This document shows positions 12,535-25,452 of a stretch of 64,000 bases of DNA, in pieces. The notes under the pieces were generated by a model. The model did no database searches, was not told the origin of the DNA, and was given only the letters and a program-made list of their open reading frames with translations. Within the stretch, counting starts at the first letter, position 1. The number at the start of each line of letters is the position of its first letter. The translations under genes were made by a program, and so were the position numbers. The stretch is from Tubulanus polymorphus. Lineage: Eukaryota; Animalia; Nemertea. The stretch is taken from assembly GCF_964204645.1 (NCBI RefSeq), contig NW_027437443.1, positions 53,739-117,738 on the forward strand, read 5' to 3'.

Positions 12535-13548
12535 TTAAGCTCTTGTTAAGAAAAGTTAAATTTGTGCAATAAAAGATTAGATAAGTTTGCGCAATGCAAT
12601 ACTTACCGGTTGTTAAAACATTGCTTTTGTTTTATTAATTCTAGACGTAATAGAATTCACTCTATTTTAGTTATTCAATTAAGATTTATATTTGTTAGGT
12701 ATGAAGTGAAGTTTGTTGTGCAAAGGGAAGCTCTTGATAAAGAGCAATACTTAAACGGTGTACTTCACTACAGTAGTGTAGGTTGAAGAGGTAGAAATTT
12801 ACTATGGATCAAACCACAATGATAAACAACCAAACAATTTTAAAACATTGACAAATTCATTAAGAACTCACAATTTTCAGTTTTTAATAAAAAAATGATA
12901 ATTCAGGGTTCTCGACGAATTTTCATTGATTTTAAAACTTTTTGTTTTCTTTTTACATTGTGGGGTTTGACATTGTACATATCCACTATTATTTCATAGG
13001 TTTCCTTTCCTGGATTCTGTAAATACATGTATATTGTAGTTTTGCCTATTTACTGAGTTTAGATAAACATTCATTCATTCACTTGTACATATCATTGAAA
13101 TTTGTTCTATTTGTGAATAATGTAAATATTTGTTGTTTTTTTTTCAAATTGTTCAATGACTTGTTCAATAAATTGTTATTTAAACATTTGTTATGTTATT
13201 AGATATATATTGTACATATTCATAAAGTTGGTGTTTTAAAATCTTATGTTTAATAATTCATGTTCATCAAAATTCATTCCATTTTTTTTAGAATAAATGT
13301 ATTTCATAATATTTACACAAAAGTTTCTTTCAATAATTTGACATTTCCTCTTGGAGGAGAGAACTACCTGGCTACTGATGTAGTTTGCTGAAATCCTTTG
13401 GAAGAAAAAATTACGCAAGAAAAATGCAATGCAGTATAAAATTTCATATTTTCATTAATCATGGACATAATTGCGATAACTAACCCTCTGCATAGATGCT
13501 GATATTGTGGTCACAATTTTGTTTGAAATTTAGCAAAGTTTTCTCGTC

Positions 13549-16500
13549 CTATATACAATTACTTGTGTACAGACGTAAAGTTTGTTCATTTACTTCTCTT
13601 TTTCTTCTTGGTAGTTTTTTTAACAGCACCAGTGGTATCCAATCTACGATCGAGTCTATACACATAACAACTAAATTTCGACATCGGTCCTTTCACTATA
13701 TCGATTATTGTATCCATATCTATCAGTACTGTATGCCCGTAAAGCTGCAATGAAAGAAATAAATTCTAAAAGCCTGGAAAATTTGGATGCAACTCTACAC
13801 TGCCAGTCGAGCGTGACACAATAGAACTTTTTACTCAAATGTGAACTCTGAACTGATTGGACAAAACAGACAGTTCCTACAGATCAATCATTCCTGGATA
13901 CAAGAGCTTGAATCATCGGAACTGTTTATCTCTAAATCCATTATCATTCCGTGGTTTTGTAAGCAAATTTTTATCCTATAAACTACTATTTGGTTACTGC
14001 CTAATTAGGTTAAAAATATCCCGCTCCTGACCCATTTAGGCGTAGTTTACTGTCCAACTACAAATTAGACAAAAATTTCTAATTGCCTATTTCTCAAAAT
14101 TGAAGGAGTTTTTGGAATTTGTTCAAATGAAAGGATTTCAAGCACCTTTAAAACATTTTTTTGTTATGAAGGATTTTTTTTAGGAATCAAGGAGTTGTAG
14201 AGACCCTGAAAGAGAGGATGTGCAGTTGTACCTCTTTCCATGGATGTTGTAGTTGAACTGTTTTTAGAAACTGTCCAGTCATATTGTCGAACATGTCTAT
14301 TCTGCCTTTAGTGCCTGTTTCTTCAGTTCGGTCCACGTATATCAGCGATATCACTTCTAAACAAGGCTCATAATCTATACTGTTTATATAAACCTGCAAT
14401 CAATGTTGTTAATCATTATAGAATACAACTGGACTTAAGAGTGAATAAGGTATTGATATTGCAAGAGCACATACCTCATTAGTGGTTTCATTAAATTGAT
14501 CTGGTTGAAATCTTCTTTTAATACATCTTCCAGATGATGTCACCTACAATATGGGTAAGACAGAATTCATAATTCATGAAAATAAGAAACTTTAGATTAT
14601 ATCAGCAGTTTGTATACATACAGTAATAGAGGGTGGAGCACTTTCAGATTGAGCTAGAATCGTAGGTTTCAGAGTGCAATATTCCTTGATTTGATGCTGA
14701 CCAGTCACTGGATTCTTATCACCAATTTTCAACACCCTCCAAACAAAAATTCAGCATTCAAATTCAGTACAACATGCCTTAAGGCAATATCAGTTTTATG
14801 ATGTTGTACCTACCTGACTTGTTTAGGTCCGAGATGCAGAATTTTTTCAGATCCATCCAAGTGAAACGTAGCTGATTCTGGCTCAATGGACACGTCATCC
14901 ATATCTAATACACCTCCATGAGCCTACAATAAGAAGAGAGATAATACTTTCGAACTAATAATCTTCAGTTTTCGATCAACGAAATAGAAATTCGGACAGG
15001 GTCTATACCAGGTAACCATTTTCCAGTGCATGCACGTGATGTATGCCTTCCTTTCCATGTGGAGTAATAATATAATGCCAGGGAATGCCACCAAACTGGA
15101 CATTGTGAAGAGCACACTTTACTTCTAATAGTATTGGAGGACGCTCTGCAAAGAAATTTGTAGAATATTGTTTTCCCTGTCAAGAATCCAATCAATTAAC
15201 ACTTTTAAATACGTCAGACATGATGGAAATTGTTTGATTGTATGCGTGATCTAGATAGAACTCTCAACAAATTTTCCCGACTTTTCTCTGATTCTTCGCA
15301 AAATTGCCTGACTTTACCCTGATTTCCAGGTAAGTGACCTTCCTGTCAAATCTCGCAAATTAGCCTAAACAATAAGTAAGAATGTCAATCAAATGCTTTT
15401 CAAGCTGTAATCGTTATTAGAATAAAGACATCCACCAAGGCAAACCGTAATCAGTATAGAGCAGGGAAGATCTACTGTAAAATCAGTATTTGTAAAGACT
15501 GCTCACCTGTAAGTTTCAGATTAATCGGTAATCCGCAAGACGTATCACCTACGATACCATGGCCCTCAACGTACTCTCCCAGCTTCGCCCTGAAAAGTAA
15601 ATTCTGTAATCAAATAAAATTTAGATTGAATTTCGTTGTACTACGCACCATCTAAACCAAAGTCAGCTCCACTGACCTCGGACATCAATCTTTCGAAACT
15701 ATGAAAACGAACAACTCCGCCGTGATGCATGGTAATCAATAAACCAACACTAACTATAACATCAGTTACAGTCGGACCAAACACCTGAAATAAAACGAGA
15801 AATCATTAAACCTCAAATGATAAATACTGTGTACTCTGACTTTACTGAGTTAGACACAGAGTGGCCACTTTCCTGGAAAAATTCACTCTAAAAATCAGGG
15901 AAAAGTCAGGGAGACAGCTAGATCGCGCGTTAAATCAAACAGTTTCAGTCTATGTCTTACCTATTTGACTGTGTTAATTGATTGGATTCTTAGCAGATCG
16001 AGTCTGGGAAAACAACGTACATGTCAGGGAATACGGGTAGTCAGGGGAAAAGTGAGTCAAATAAAAGTGGCCACCCTGAGACAGTCTACTGCCATTATTC
16101 AACATCTAATCTTTAAGCAGAGTAAAACAGAATACTAGTTCTTTCTTCGTTTAAGGTCTATGCTTGCCTCTTTGGTGATTTCCATCATAGCCACAAATTC
16201 TAACGGATAAACAGACAATATAGCGATTGTTTGTACAACATTCCCTGCTACACCAGACTGAAAGAATAATAATTTTATTCAGTGAAAATATATAATCAGG
16301 ACAAAAATGTTTTATCAAATATAGGACCTAGCTTGGAAACAAATCTTAGATTTAAGACCACTCGAGTCCACTTTTTCTACAGACATACAAATATCAAGTA
16401 ACTGTACCTCTCGTTGCTGGTATTGATTAGATTGTTTTGAGCGTAATTCCAGTTGATAGCCTTCCTTAGCCCAAGCTATATGTCTAAAACGTAATTATCA

Positions 16501-17849
16501 AATAATATTACATTATTATTATAATCATTTCAATGCAGGTTTTGCCATTGTTAGTAAGAAACACGTACAAAAATTTACATCTGGATAAAGGAGCCAGGAA
16601 TACCGATTCTAATAGTAAACCACTGTCTACGTCATATCTTACAAGTCGATTGTTAGCTTTTAAAGCGTATTGGCAAGGTCTAGACGATCTTCTGGTGTCT
16701 CTTAATTCGTGTGGATTTTCCTAATTTGAAAAGATAAAACTACCACCTATAGTAAAACGAACTGATCATCCAAATCAATTAATTAGATAACCTCAGGATG
16801 TCCATTCCCCATGCTTGAACTTTTACTCTAAAATTTTTCCAATTTTAAAGCAGGTTTTTTTTTCAATTCTCGATGTTTTGCTTACCATATTTACTTCACA
16901 TATAAGGCTTTCGATAACTTTTTCTTTAACATCACACATTGGACGTTCGTATAATAATCGAGCTTCATTCTGATTCCTATATAACAAAAAAATATTACGA
17001 AAGTCCCGTTAAATATTCATCTAGTAAAAAAGCTCCTAATAATTCAAATGCAGGTTAGCTTATTGAAAATGGATCAATCTTGAGTCTTTAAGAATAAATT
17101 CAAGCCCACTTAAAACTTGCTTACAGCGTATAACATGAGCAATCTTGGTTATAATATAGTCGACCATTACTGCAATGAAAAAAAAACTCAAATGAGAAAA
17201 CTACATTTTGAATTAGACTGTAATATAAGTTACAACAGGAATTATGAAATAAGTAAATTAAGAGACTTATCAAGTAATCAGAAGTGATACAAACTAATGG
17301 ATAATATAACATAGAAACAGTTACAAGAAACAGATTTAGATTATACTGATATCCACCAGGCTGTCATAATTAAGGTTGCCCGATGATGCAGTCACCTTAA
17401 AACATTCTGAAAATATTATTCTATACTTAACCCCTCATATGTCAGTTTCCGGCTGCAATGCTTTTCGTGGATTTTGATGAATTTGGCATCTTTCTGGAAT
17501 CATGAATTAAAACTGAAAATTTCTAAAACTAATGTTTTTAAGTTTTGTGCTGATTAAAGTGCAAATAAAAATCATTATTTCTGAAAATCTTGCATCTTGC
17601 AATAAATTGTGCATCATCGACTCAGCTTACACGAATACATTACTAGACTTTGTACTACAGATAAATAAAATTAAATTGAATTGCCCGGGCACTCATTTAG
17701 ACTGAGTTATTGCACTTGGAATCGATTAAATATTCCTGACTCACGGCTGTCATCAGATTTCTGATGATTCTATAATTATTCTTCCTCCTTTCATTAGTTT
17801 TGCAGCTGTATTCATTGTCATTTAACAACTTTAGAACATTGCGTGACAT
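13549..17849 (-). CDS. DCAF17: DDB1- and CUL4-associated factor 17 (many small exons; first 17849-17745, last ending at 13549)
   Basis: Spliced peptides NYRIIRNLM, LTYEGNGRLYY, RLLYERPMC..EKV.ESL, FGGIPWHYII, FHLDGSEKILHLGP and SKFSCYVYRL parallel vertebrate DCAF17 in order. Confidence 0.85.
13875..14207. mobile_element. Composite MITE of the ...CCTACAGATCA...GTAGGGACCCTG family
   Basis: Similar to 31001-31420 and to the reverse copy at 24568-24903; partial copies at ~19500-19610 and 23928-24039. Confidence 0.65.
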
Positions 17850-18018
17850 TTCTAATGTAATGAGAATTAATTAGATTTGAATTTGAGATGAGAATAGGGG
17901 CGCTCCGAGAAAATCTTAGCGCAAACCGGTCGTTTCCCCGATAGGCGACGCTACTGAAAACCCGACGGAAACAAACGATCATCACCGGAAACATACGATC
18001 TTCCTTGCAACGTCGACA
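17850..18018. promoter_or_regulatory. Compact bidirectional promoter DCAF17/SSR3
   Basis: Only 169 bp separate the two divergent ATGs; CpG-rich with CCGGAA/ACGGAA ETS-like cores. Confidence 0.7.
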
Positions 18019-19931
18019 ATGGCCGTGGGAAAGAAACTTACCCGTGAAGAGGAGCTTTTACTCCAAGATTTTAGCCGAAATGTCACCACGAAGTCATCGG
18101 CTTTATTCTACGGAAATGCATTTATCGTTTCTGCAATCCCTATTTGTAAGTGTTACCGACATTACTCGACGAATCAGTCAAAAATCGACGAAATACTCGT
18201 ACGTTTTTTACATTTCCGGGTTCTACTCGCTTGCCAGGGCATTGCAGTGCCTTCATAACGAATATGTGTTGCATCTGTGATGGACTGTTACTATTGTTCA
18301 GTATGGCTCATGACAGTTGACTTTTCAAATTATCCTTATTAGAACAGTAATTCCTAACTACCAAATCCTGACCTTGCTATATACTTTCACACAGGGCTGT
18401 TTTGGAGAATTCACCAGATGGACCCATACCAATCTGGAATCATGTTCGGTATGATGACGCTAGTTAGCACATACTTGATGTCATTCGCGTATAAGAATGT
18501 CAAGTTCGTCCTCAAGCACAAGTGAGTATTGAATACTGTAGTTCAATTTCGTGGAGCCATTCCTGCAAATCCTGGTTCCTAGATAAGATTGTCATGGATC
18601 GAAAAACTTCTCGATTTCAGAGTTGCTTTGAAACGTGAAGAAGCCGTTACTCGCGAAGTGATGAAGTCGATCGGAGATGATAAGAAAATGTCGAAGAAAG
18701 AGAAAGACGAAAGGTGAACAATGATTGAAAATACTGGCAGAAATCAAACTCAATCGGTTCCAATGTATTAATAATGATTAAGATATCAGGGCCCTGTTTC
18801 ATGAAAAAGTATCACCCAAAAATTGGTTAAGTTGGAATTGTTGCCGTCAATGAAAATATGAAGTAACCAATAACAATTACACCTGATTTGCAAAAAAAAA
18901 TTAGTTTCAATATGATTTCGATAACTCAAACGGTTATTTTTATTTTATCAATTGTTGTTTCTTGTTTCAGAATTTTGTGGAAAAAGAACGAAGTAGCCGA
19001 TTATGAAGCGACCACTTATTCTATATTCTACAATAACGCTTTCTACTTGTTGTTGATGATCTTGTTATCGTTTTACGTTCTACGATCGTTCTCACCGATG
19101 TTGTATCCTTTTATCGTGCGGCGACTGTCGCCGCAACTCGCGAAAAATGGCTCGATGATCGTAAGTGGAAATTACTAAAAATGAGGAATCGAGTTTAGGT
19201 AGTGTATAGGATAAACATTAGCTGCTTACAAAACCACAAAATTAACGGATTAGGCTAAACAAAAATGATACCTTGTTTCTCCGCAGCAGCCGGGTCATTT
19301 TTGTAAAATATGATAAAATTTATAAACAGTTCATTTCTATAGCGGCCGGGTCTGTTATGGTAAAATTGATCACGATTTAAAAAAAAGTAATGTATAGGGT
19401 AGATAGGCGACCGGCCGGGTCAACATTTAAGCTCAGCAGAGGGGAGAAACAAGGTATCAATTTTTTTTAGCCTTACTAAGATAAACGGTACCGATATAGG
19501 AGGAGTCTACTGTATTTGGGATATAAAAGTGATAAGACACTTCCTGAAAATATGAAATTCTCTCCTTTAAAACTCGTTTTATCCAGGAATGACTGATCTG
19601 TAGGGACCCTGTATTACCGGTAAGTTATTCCTAGATATCAATTGTAATCGTACACGAGGTATTACGGTAGACTATTATTCCCTTATTAGAGTTGTTTTTT
19701 GGTATAATTCAACTCTGACAAACACTTATTACCCGGTAATAGAAGATTCATAATAGTTTGGTACAGTTGATTCAATGTTGTAGACAAATACTGAAATCCC
19801 GATAATTTTGACTCTTGTCTTTTCCCGTGTTGAATTTTCCTTGACTTTCTTACAGTAACTACATTTTATCAGTAGGCGTCGCATCTGGACTGATCGCGTT
19901 ATTCTCGACGAGTACCAAAACTGGAAAATAG
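18019..19931 (+). CDS. SSR3: Translocon-associated protein gamma (TRAP-gamma); exons 18019-18145, 18395-18521, 18621-18712, 18971-19102, 19856-19931
   Basis: [80 protein letters not shown] and NYILSV..SGLIAL. Confidence 0.97.
19103..19855 (+). other. U12-type (minor spliceosome) GT-AG intron in SSR3
   Basis: 5' splice site GTATCCTTT at 19103; branch site TTCCTTGAC at 19837-19845 just before CAG at 19853-19855; splicing restores FSPMF-NYIL. Confidence 0.92.
19251..19475. mobile_element. MITE with long TIRs inside the SSR3 U12 intron
   Basis: aggctaaacaaaaatgataccttgtttctcc pairs with ggagaaacaaggtatcaatttttttagcct; a related end lies near 29081-29110. Confidence 0.65.
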
Positions 19932-20461
19932 ATACGAGAAACGGAGACGAAAGATCGCGGAGAGAGTGCAGCTGAAATTTCTTGAATGGATTTAATGATA
20001 AAAGAATAGACTCTTTGAGATCGAGAATGAGACAGTCGTGGAAATCCACCTGTTCGATGATAATCAGTGACTGCATTTACAAGGTCTTTCTCCGTGCATG
20101 CGGTTCATATTCTTGATTTATTCGTCGAACGCCAGAAAAGGACGGACACAATGTTTAGATACTTAAAGCAATTTTCAACTGTCTCTTCTTATGTAAGAGT
20201 GATGTATAAAGATTATATTCATCAAGATTTTCCGCAAGATTTATTTATGCATAAAAAAAATGAAATAATTTTTAATATAATAAAACGACACCCACAGCAG
20301 ATACCTGGCTTGTTTCTTTTTGTTTGTTTTTTCTGTCCTAGAATTTTATTCATCAATAATATGACTATCTGTGTGGTAGTGCCCCAATATTGCGTTGTTG
20401 GACATCGAACTGCCTATTAGCGATGTGACAAGTCCATCAAAATTGGCCTCTGGGTCCACCT

Positions 20462-20576
20462 TAGTCAGTAACCTGTCTGTGGTTTAGTTTCACAATCGGA
20501 TATTTTCACAAACCACAGTTGGTATAAGCCCATCCGATTATAAAAAGCTTACCACCAACGATTAGGTAACTAACTA
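20462..20576. mobile_element. 115-bp internally deleted DNA transposon with TAG...CTA termini and 9-bp TSD GGTCCACCT
   Basis: TSD at 20453-20461 and 20577-20585; both halves match the two ends of the element at 32569-33415. Confidence 0.85.
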
Positions 20577-21075
20577 GGTCCACCTCTGACTTTCTGGTTT
20601 AGAAATTGGCCATTAGAGATTAACTCCCAACGAAATTTATATAATTTGGTGTAAATAAGTCATTTGATTTCTCCAAAGCGGCGTAGTGTGAACATTTTTC
20701 TCGCCACAAGAATAATGATTCTGATGTTACCCGAACCGTCTTGTGTCACCATCTGTCGGATATCTCCTACACCACTGAACATAAACAAAATGGACTGGAA
20801 TTGAGGATAAAAATCGTCATGTAAAATCACAAGCAACGTGAGATTCATTTCATCCCAGGTCATCTTTTCTATTCAGATGAATAACATATACGTAATCGCA
20901 TCTTTTCGATAGGTTTTACATGTAGTTGCATTCTTAAAACGAATGTTAAATATACAGGTTAAAATGAAACCGGAACAGCTGATCTCAAGCACGGGCTCGT
21001 TACGATAGCTGGGGGTCCAAAATCAAAGATTTGACCCAGTATCCTAGGTACCACCTATAAAAAAAGAACCCCTGT

Positions 21076-21436
21076 GATCTCAAGGTGGACGATAGCATCA
21101 TCACACCAGCAAGACGAAGCACATAGACTGATGGTACATCATACGAGGACCAACGTGAAGCTTCACTCCTTCTTCCCGTCATCTATCCGTCTATGGAATA
21201 GTGTACCAGAAGAGATATGTGCTGCGTCCTCAGCAGATGCATTCAAGGCTGCGCTCCTCCGGGAGTGGAGCTCCAAATAGATGTGACCTACTCAGCCAAC
21301 ATTGTTTTCTTTTTTTTAAACTGTACATATTTGAATTTTAACCGTAACTGATATCCAGTCCGAGCATCGCTGACAAACGCTGTGGGACAATGCCCAACTA
21401 CAGGTCCTCCACATTACTCTAAAGAAGAAGAAGAAG
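21076..21436 (+). mobile_element. 5'-truncated non-LTR retrotransposon (CR1/L2-group LINE) 3' end with a (GAA)n tail
   Basis: ORF2 C-terminal motif RTNVKLHSFFPSSIRLWNSVPEEI..S.DAFK, then a 3' UTR, stem-loop and aaagaagaagaagaag. GATCTCAA after the tail recurs at 21076 and 20981 (candidate TSD; 5' end ambiguous). Confidence 0.8.
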
Positions 21437-21646
21437 ATCTCAAATGAAAATGAATACTTTCACATTTCTGTACATTCTTTGCTGAAAAGTGTTTTCCATT
21501 GTAGTTTTATTTCCATGCCTATTGTATAACCATTTTGTTATGTCATGCAATATCATCCTCATCTTTTTATTCCAGACACTATCTATTCAGAAAATTAGTG
21601 GTACATTGATCTAGGCGTCTTTAATTCTGGTAGAGTGCGAATTATT

Positions 21647-24600
21647 ATGGAGAGTCCCAACTTTCCAGCTCCATGGCAAAGGCTGCCCGACGTCATCCTG
21701 TTAAAGGTTTTTACATTCATGCCAATGGAAACACTGCTGAATGTGTCAGAAGTCTGCCGCTCTTGGTACCGAGTCGCCTACGACGAACTGCTGTGGAAAG
21801 ACCTGTTTTACCGAACGTTCAAAATTAGTCGCAAAATACCGCGCAGTCCCGGTAAAACGTTGTGGCGTCACGAATATCGTAGGTTGCATTTTCATATTCC
21901 CAAAGTTGAAAGCGAAGTGTTGAGTAGTCATAAAGATCAAGTTCTGCACGTTAGTTTCTCGCATAACGGAGAAATGTTCGCTTCAAGCTCAAAAGATGGA
22001 AGCATCAAGGTAAGCAAAAGAGTAGAGCTGCCTCCCTTGGTTGTGGGGAACGTTATAAAATAAATTTCAATGTTGACAGGGTCCCTAGCTCCTTGTAGCT
22101 TGTATCTTGTACAAAAAGACAATTTACCACTTAATTACCATCTAATTACCGACATTTAATCGACCAAATAACCGCTCATTTACCGCAAGGGCCAATAGTG
22201 TGTATCTTCGGACAATAATGTCACGTGATGACTCGCTGGGTGCTGGCCATTACGTTGATATTCGCAGAAAATGTTTCGGAAGGTGCCCGAAACTCCTTAT
22301 CCCAAAAACTCTGTCAATTTTGAGAAATAGACATCGTTTTTCTGTTGATTTTAACATCAATTGATATAAATGTTCAACCTTTTCCATCTCACAGGTTTGG
22401 GACGCTACTTTTCCAGCTAAATTGAAGTATAGCCATAACTTGAAAGAACTGACTTGGAAATATACTCAGTATTCACAGTTTAATAGTAGCGATACTTTAT
22501 TACTTGTATCCGGGGTTCATTTTGGTTCGTACAGCACGTCTGGTGAAATAGCTGTCTTTAGTTTATTGGGTAAGTTTAAAATCAATATTCTTCTTACCGG
22601 GAACGCTACAAAACATTAAATACCAGTAATTTCGATCTCTTTAGACCAGATTAAAATCCAGTTTAAAGACATTTCTCTTACTTTCAGATAATTTTCAGTT
22701 GCAGTGCCGTGTTTTAAACAAACCATACGATATATTTGGTACATGGTACAATAACAGTTATTTGTTATCAGGAACTTTGTATTGGTTAGGTAATCTGTCG
22801 TCGTGTTCAGCTATCTGGCTCAATAAGGTAAATCAGATCCAATAGTTGGCGGGTCCGACCACCAACCTGGAAAACTTGGAGATGAGAAAACTCTTTGATA
22901 GATTTTACTGAAAACCTGAAAAAACTCTGAGAATTTGTAAATGCTATTGACCACATGTTTCTATATCAACATGTGATTCAATGAAAAACGAATTAGGCTA
23001 ATTGTTTTACATTCTAAACCTAAAAATTTCTCTGATTCCCTCTGAAAAGTTTGTGTTATCACATGGAAAAATCAGGGGAAACTCAGGGGATTTGTAAATG
23101 GGCGGAAAGTGACTACCGTAGTTGGATCCCATTTCTTTCAGTCCAAGTGGATTTTTAGTGTCAACAACTTTCTGTAATTTTAGGCCGACCAAGCCCCGGA
23201 GTCAGAACACGAATCCGTTTATATGAGAATGTTCAAGTTTGAAAACGAGAACGGTAGTTCGATTCGAACTTTAATGGTGGCGAATTGTCTGACGCCGTCA
23301 ACGTGCTCCCTCAGCGCGTCGTCGACGACTTCTAGTCAAAACACTCGTTCAGGACACAGTCAGTCAGAACCTTTACTCAGCAGCAGCGCAACACGGGGCA
23401 CTACTTCCAAAATACACACGGTTCACAGCGAACCGCGCGCTTACAGATACCTGTGGGACGAACCCGAAAACGACGTCGATTTCGAAAGCGACGATAACGA
23501 CGAAATGACCGTCAGCGATCAAGAGAACGATATCGAAATTTGCTCTAAACGTCCTCAATCGGACAACGACATGGACGTGTATTCGGAAACGAGTGAAACG
23601 GTCTCCACCGACACGACGGCGAGCGATCTAACCGATAAATACTTGATATTCACGACCGGTACGAAGACGTACACGCCGCACCTGGTCGGGATTAAACGGC
23701 TGTTCGCGTGCGACGCGCGACATAAGATTGAAACGACGACCGGTAGTACGATAGACGCTCGCGATAATGATAATATACAAGGCGTGAATAATGTGGATTA
23801 CGACCGCGTCGATCACCTCATAGACTTACACGGTCATATAATCGGAATGTGTTTGAGTCCTTGTCATAGGTAAGTGCTATTTTATTGTAAAGTAAGAAAA
23901 AATAATTTTTTTTCAATCAGTAAATTCAAGGGGTCTACAGTAACTGGGATATGAAAGTGATGCAGACGCTTTCTCGAAATTGGAAAATTACTCTTTTAAA
24001 ACTCCTTATATTCAGGAATGACTGATTTGTAGGGACCTTGGTGATAAGTGACAATCAAAAATGCATAATTACCGCAGTATTTATCTGATGTCTAACTGCA
24101 CCACTAAGCAACCACCTCAGGTTATAGCATAGAACTCAATCAATTTATTTCTTTGAGTTCTATGGTTATAGGTACTATGGACAGGGATTGATAAAAAAAA
24201 CCTACCATCACTGACAAATTCTGCGTTATTATTTATTACGTTGAAGTATTAGCCTTAGGTCGAATTATTTCAATATGATATGATAAAGAATGTGTTTTTA
24301 TTTCCACAGATTCCTGTATGTAAACAGTCGACCGTGGCCGCGGGGTTATATTATAGTCGACCCCTACGATCCTCCTCCGATCGCGCAGGAAATCGACATA
24401 CACGTCATCGATTTAACTACGATGAAAGAAGTCGACAAAATGCATCGCTCTCATAAAGCTTACACTCCTAATGATGAATGTTTCTTCATCTTTTTGGACG
24501 TCGGCAATGAATACGTCGCGAGGTATGTATCATAACACGTAAGCTGATCCTTAATGCCTTATGATAACAGGGTTCTGGCGACTCCTTCATTTCTTAAAAA

Positions 24601-25177
24601 CTCAATTTTGAGAAATAGGCAATTAGATGCTCTATGAAATTGCTCGTTAGACTACACCTAAATCAGTTTTTGGAACCGGGATCTTGCCCAATTAGGCAGT
24701 TACTGAATAAGAAACCGCGTTTATTATTGTCAAGGATAAAGATTAGCTTATGAAGCCGAGATAAACAGAACCGATTTAGTAGATGTCAACTGTATTTGGG
24801 ATATAAGAGTGTGATGCAGACACTTCCTTGAAATATGAAATTTTCTCCTCTAAAACTCTTAGAAAAACTCATTATATCCAGGAACGACTGATCTGTAGGG
24901 ACATTGGTACCTTAATACAATCCTATTTAACGATCTTTTCAGCGGTGCCGAAGACAAACACGGCTATTTGTGGGATCGACATTACGGGGTACTTCTTCAG
25001 AAATACCCTCACGCCGACGTCGTCAATTCGGTGGCGTTTAATCCACGAGATCCGGAAATGATGATCACCGCCAGCGATGACAACACGATCAAAGTCTGGC
25101 GTTCGTTGAATCGAGAACAGGAAATAAAAGATAAGAAGTTGGGTTTGAAATGGAGGAATCTTGTCGACCGAGCTTAA
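21647..25177 (+). CDS. FBXW5: F-box/WD repeat protein 5; exons 21647-22009, 22395-22569, 22688-22827, 23184-23869, 24310-24522, 24943-25177
   Basis: F-box LPDVILLKVF...VCRSWYRVAYDELLW; HKDQVLHVSFSHNG; WKYTQYSQFN..DTLLLVSGV; HGHIIGMCLSP; HKAYTPNDECFFIFLDV; HADVVNSVAFNP. Confidence 0.96.
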
Positions 25178-25400
25178 ATCCGCTATACTTAAATTGATTT
25201 TTCGACTTCCCTTTTGTATACGGAACTTTTTTCTGTAAATAACATTAATTCCATGTTTTGTTGCAATTGTTGGCATGAATATCAACGTAATGGCCAGCAT
25301 TGATAAATTCTACCAGCTTTCTGTATTATATATGCATTCATATCCCCGTTTTGTTAATGTTCATCCTATTTGTGTAAAATTTTGTTTCCTTTAAACCTGG

Positions 25401-25452
25401 TTAACCCTTTAAGTGCTGACCAATTTATTTGTACAGGCACTGAAAGGGTTAA
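25401..25452. mobile_element. Minimal piggyBac-like MITE (44-bp core flanked by TTAA)
   Basis: TTAA-CCCTTTAAGTGC...GCACTGAAAGGG-TTAA; the same terminus begins the element at 34826. Confidence 0.7.

Noticed and set aside
13484-13551. Stop-codon readthrough or a 45-nt intron at the DCAF17 C-terminus
   Set aside because: The frame stays open ~22 codons after TAG up to a donor-like site, but the homology ends before the stop and 45 nt is much shorter than the other introns here; cannot be supported without RNA data.
20989-21056. 5' inversion (twin priming) of the LINE, based on a minus-strand YLG tripeptide
   Set aside because: Too short to assign, and the candidate TSD GATCTCAA occurs at both 20981 and 21076, so the 5' boundary is ambiguous.
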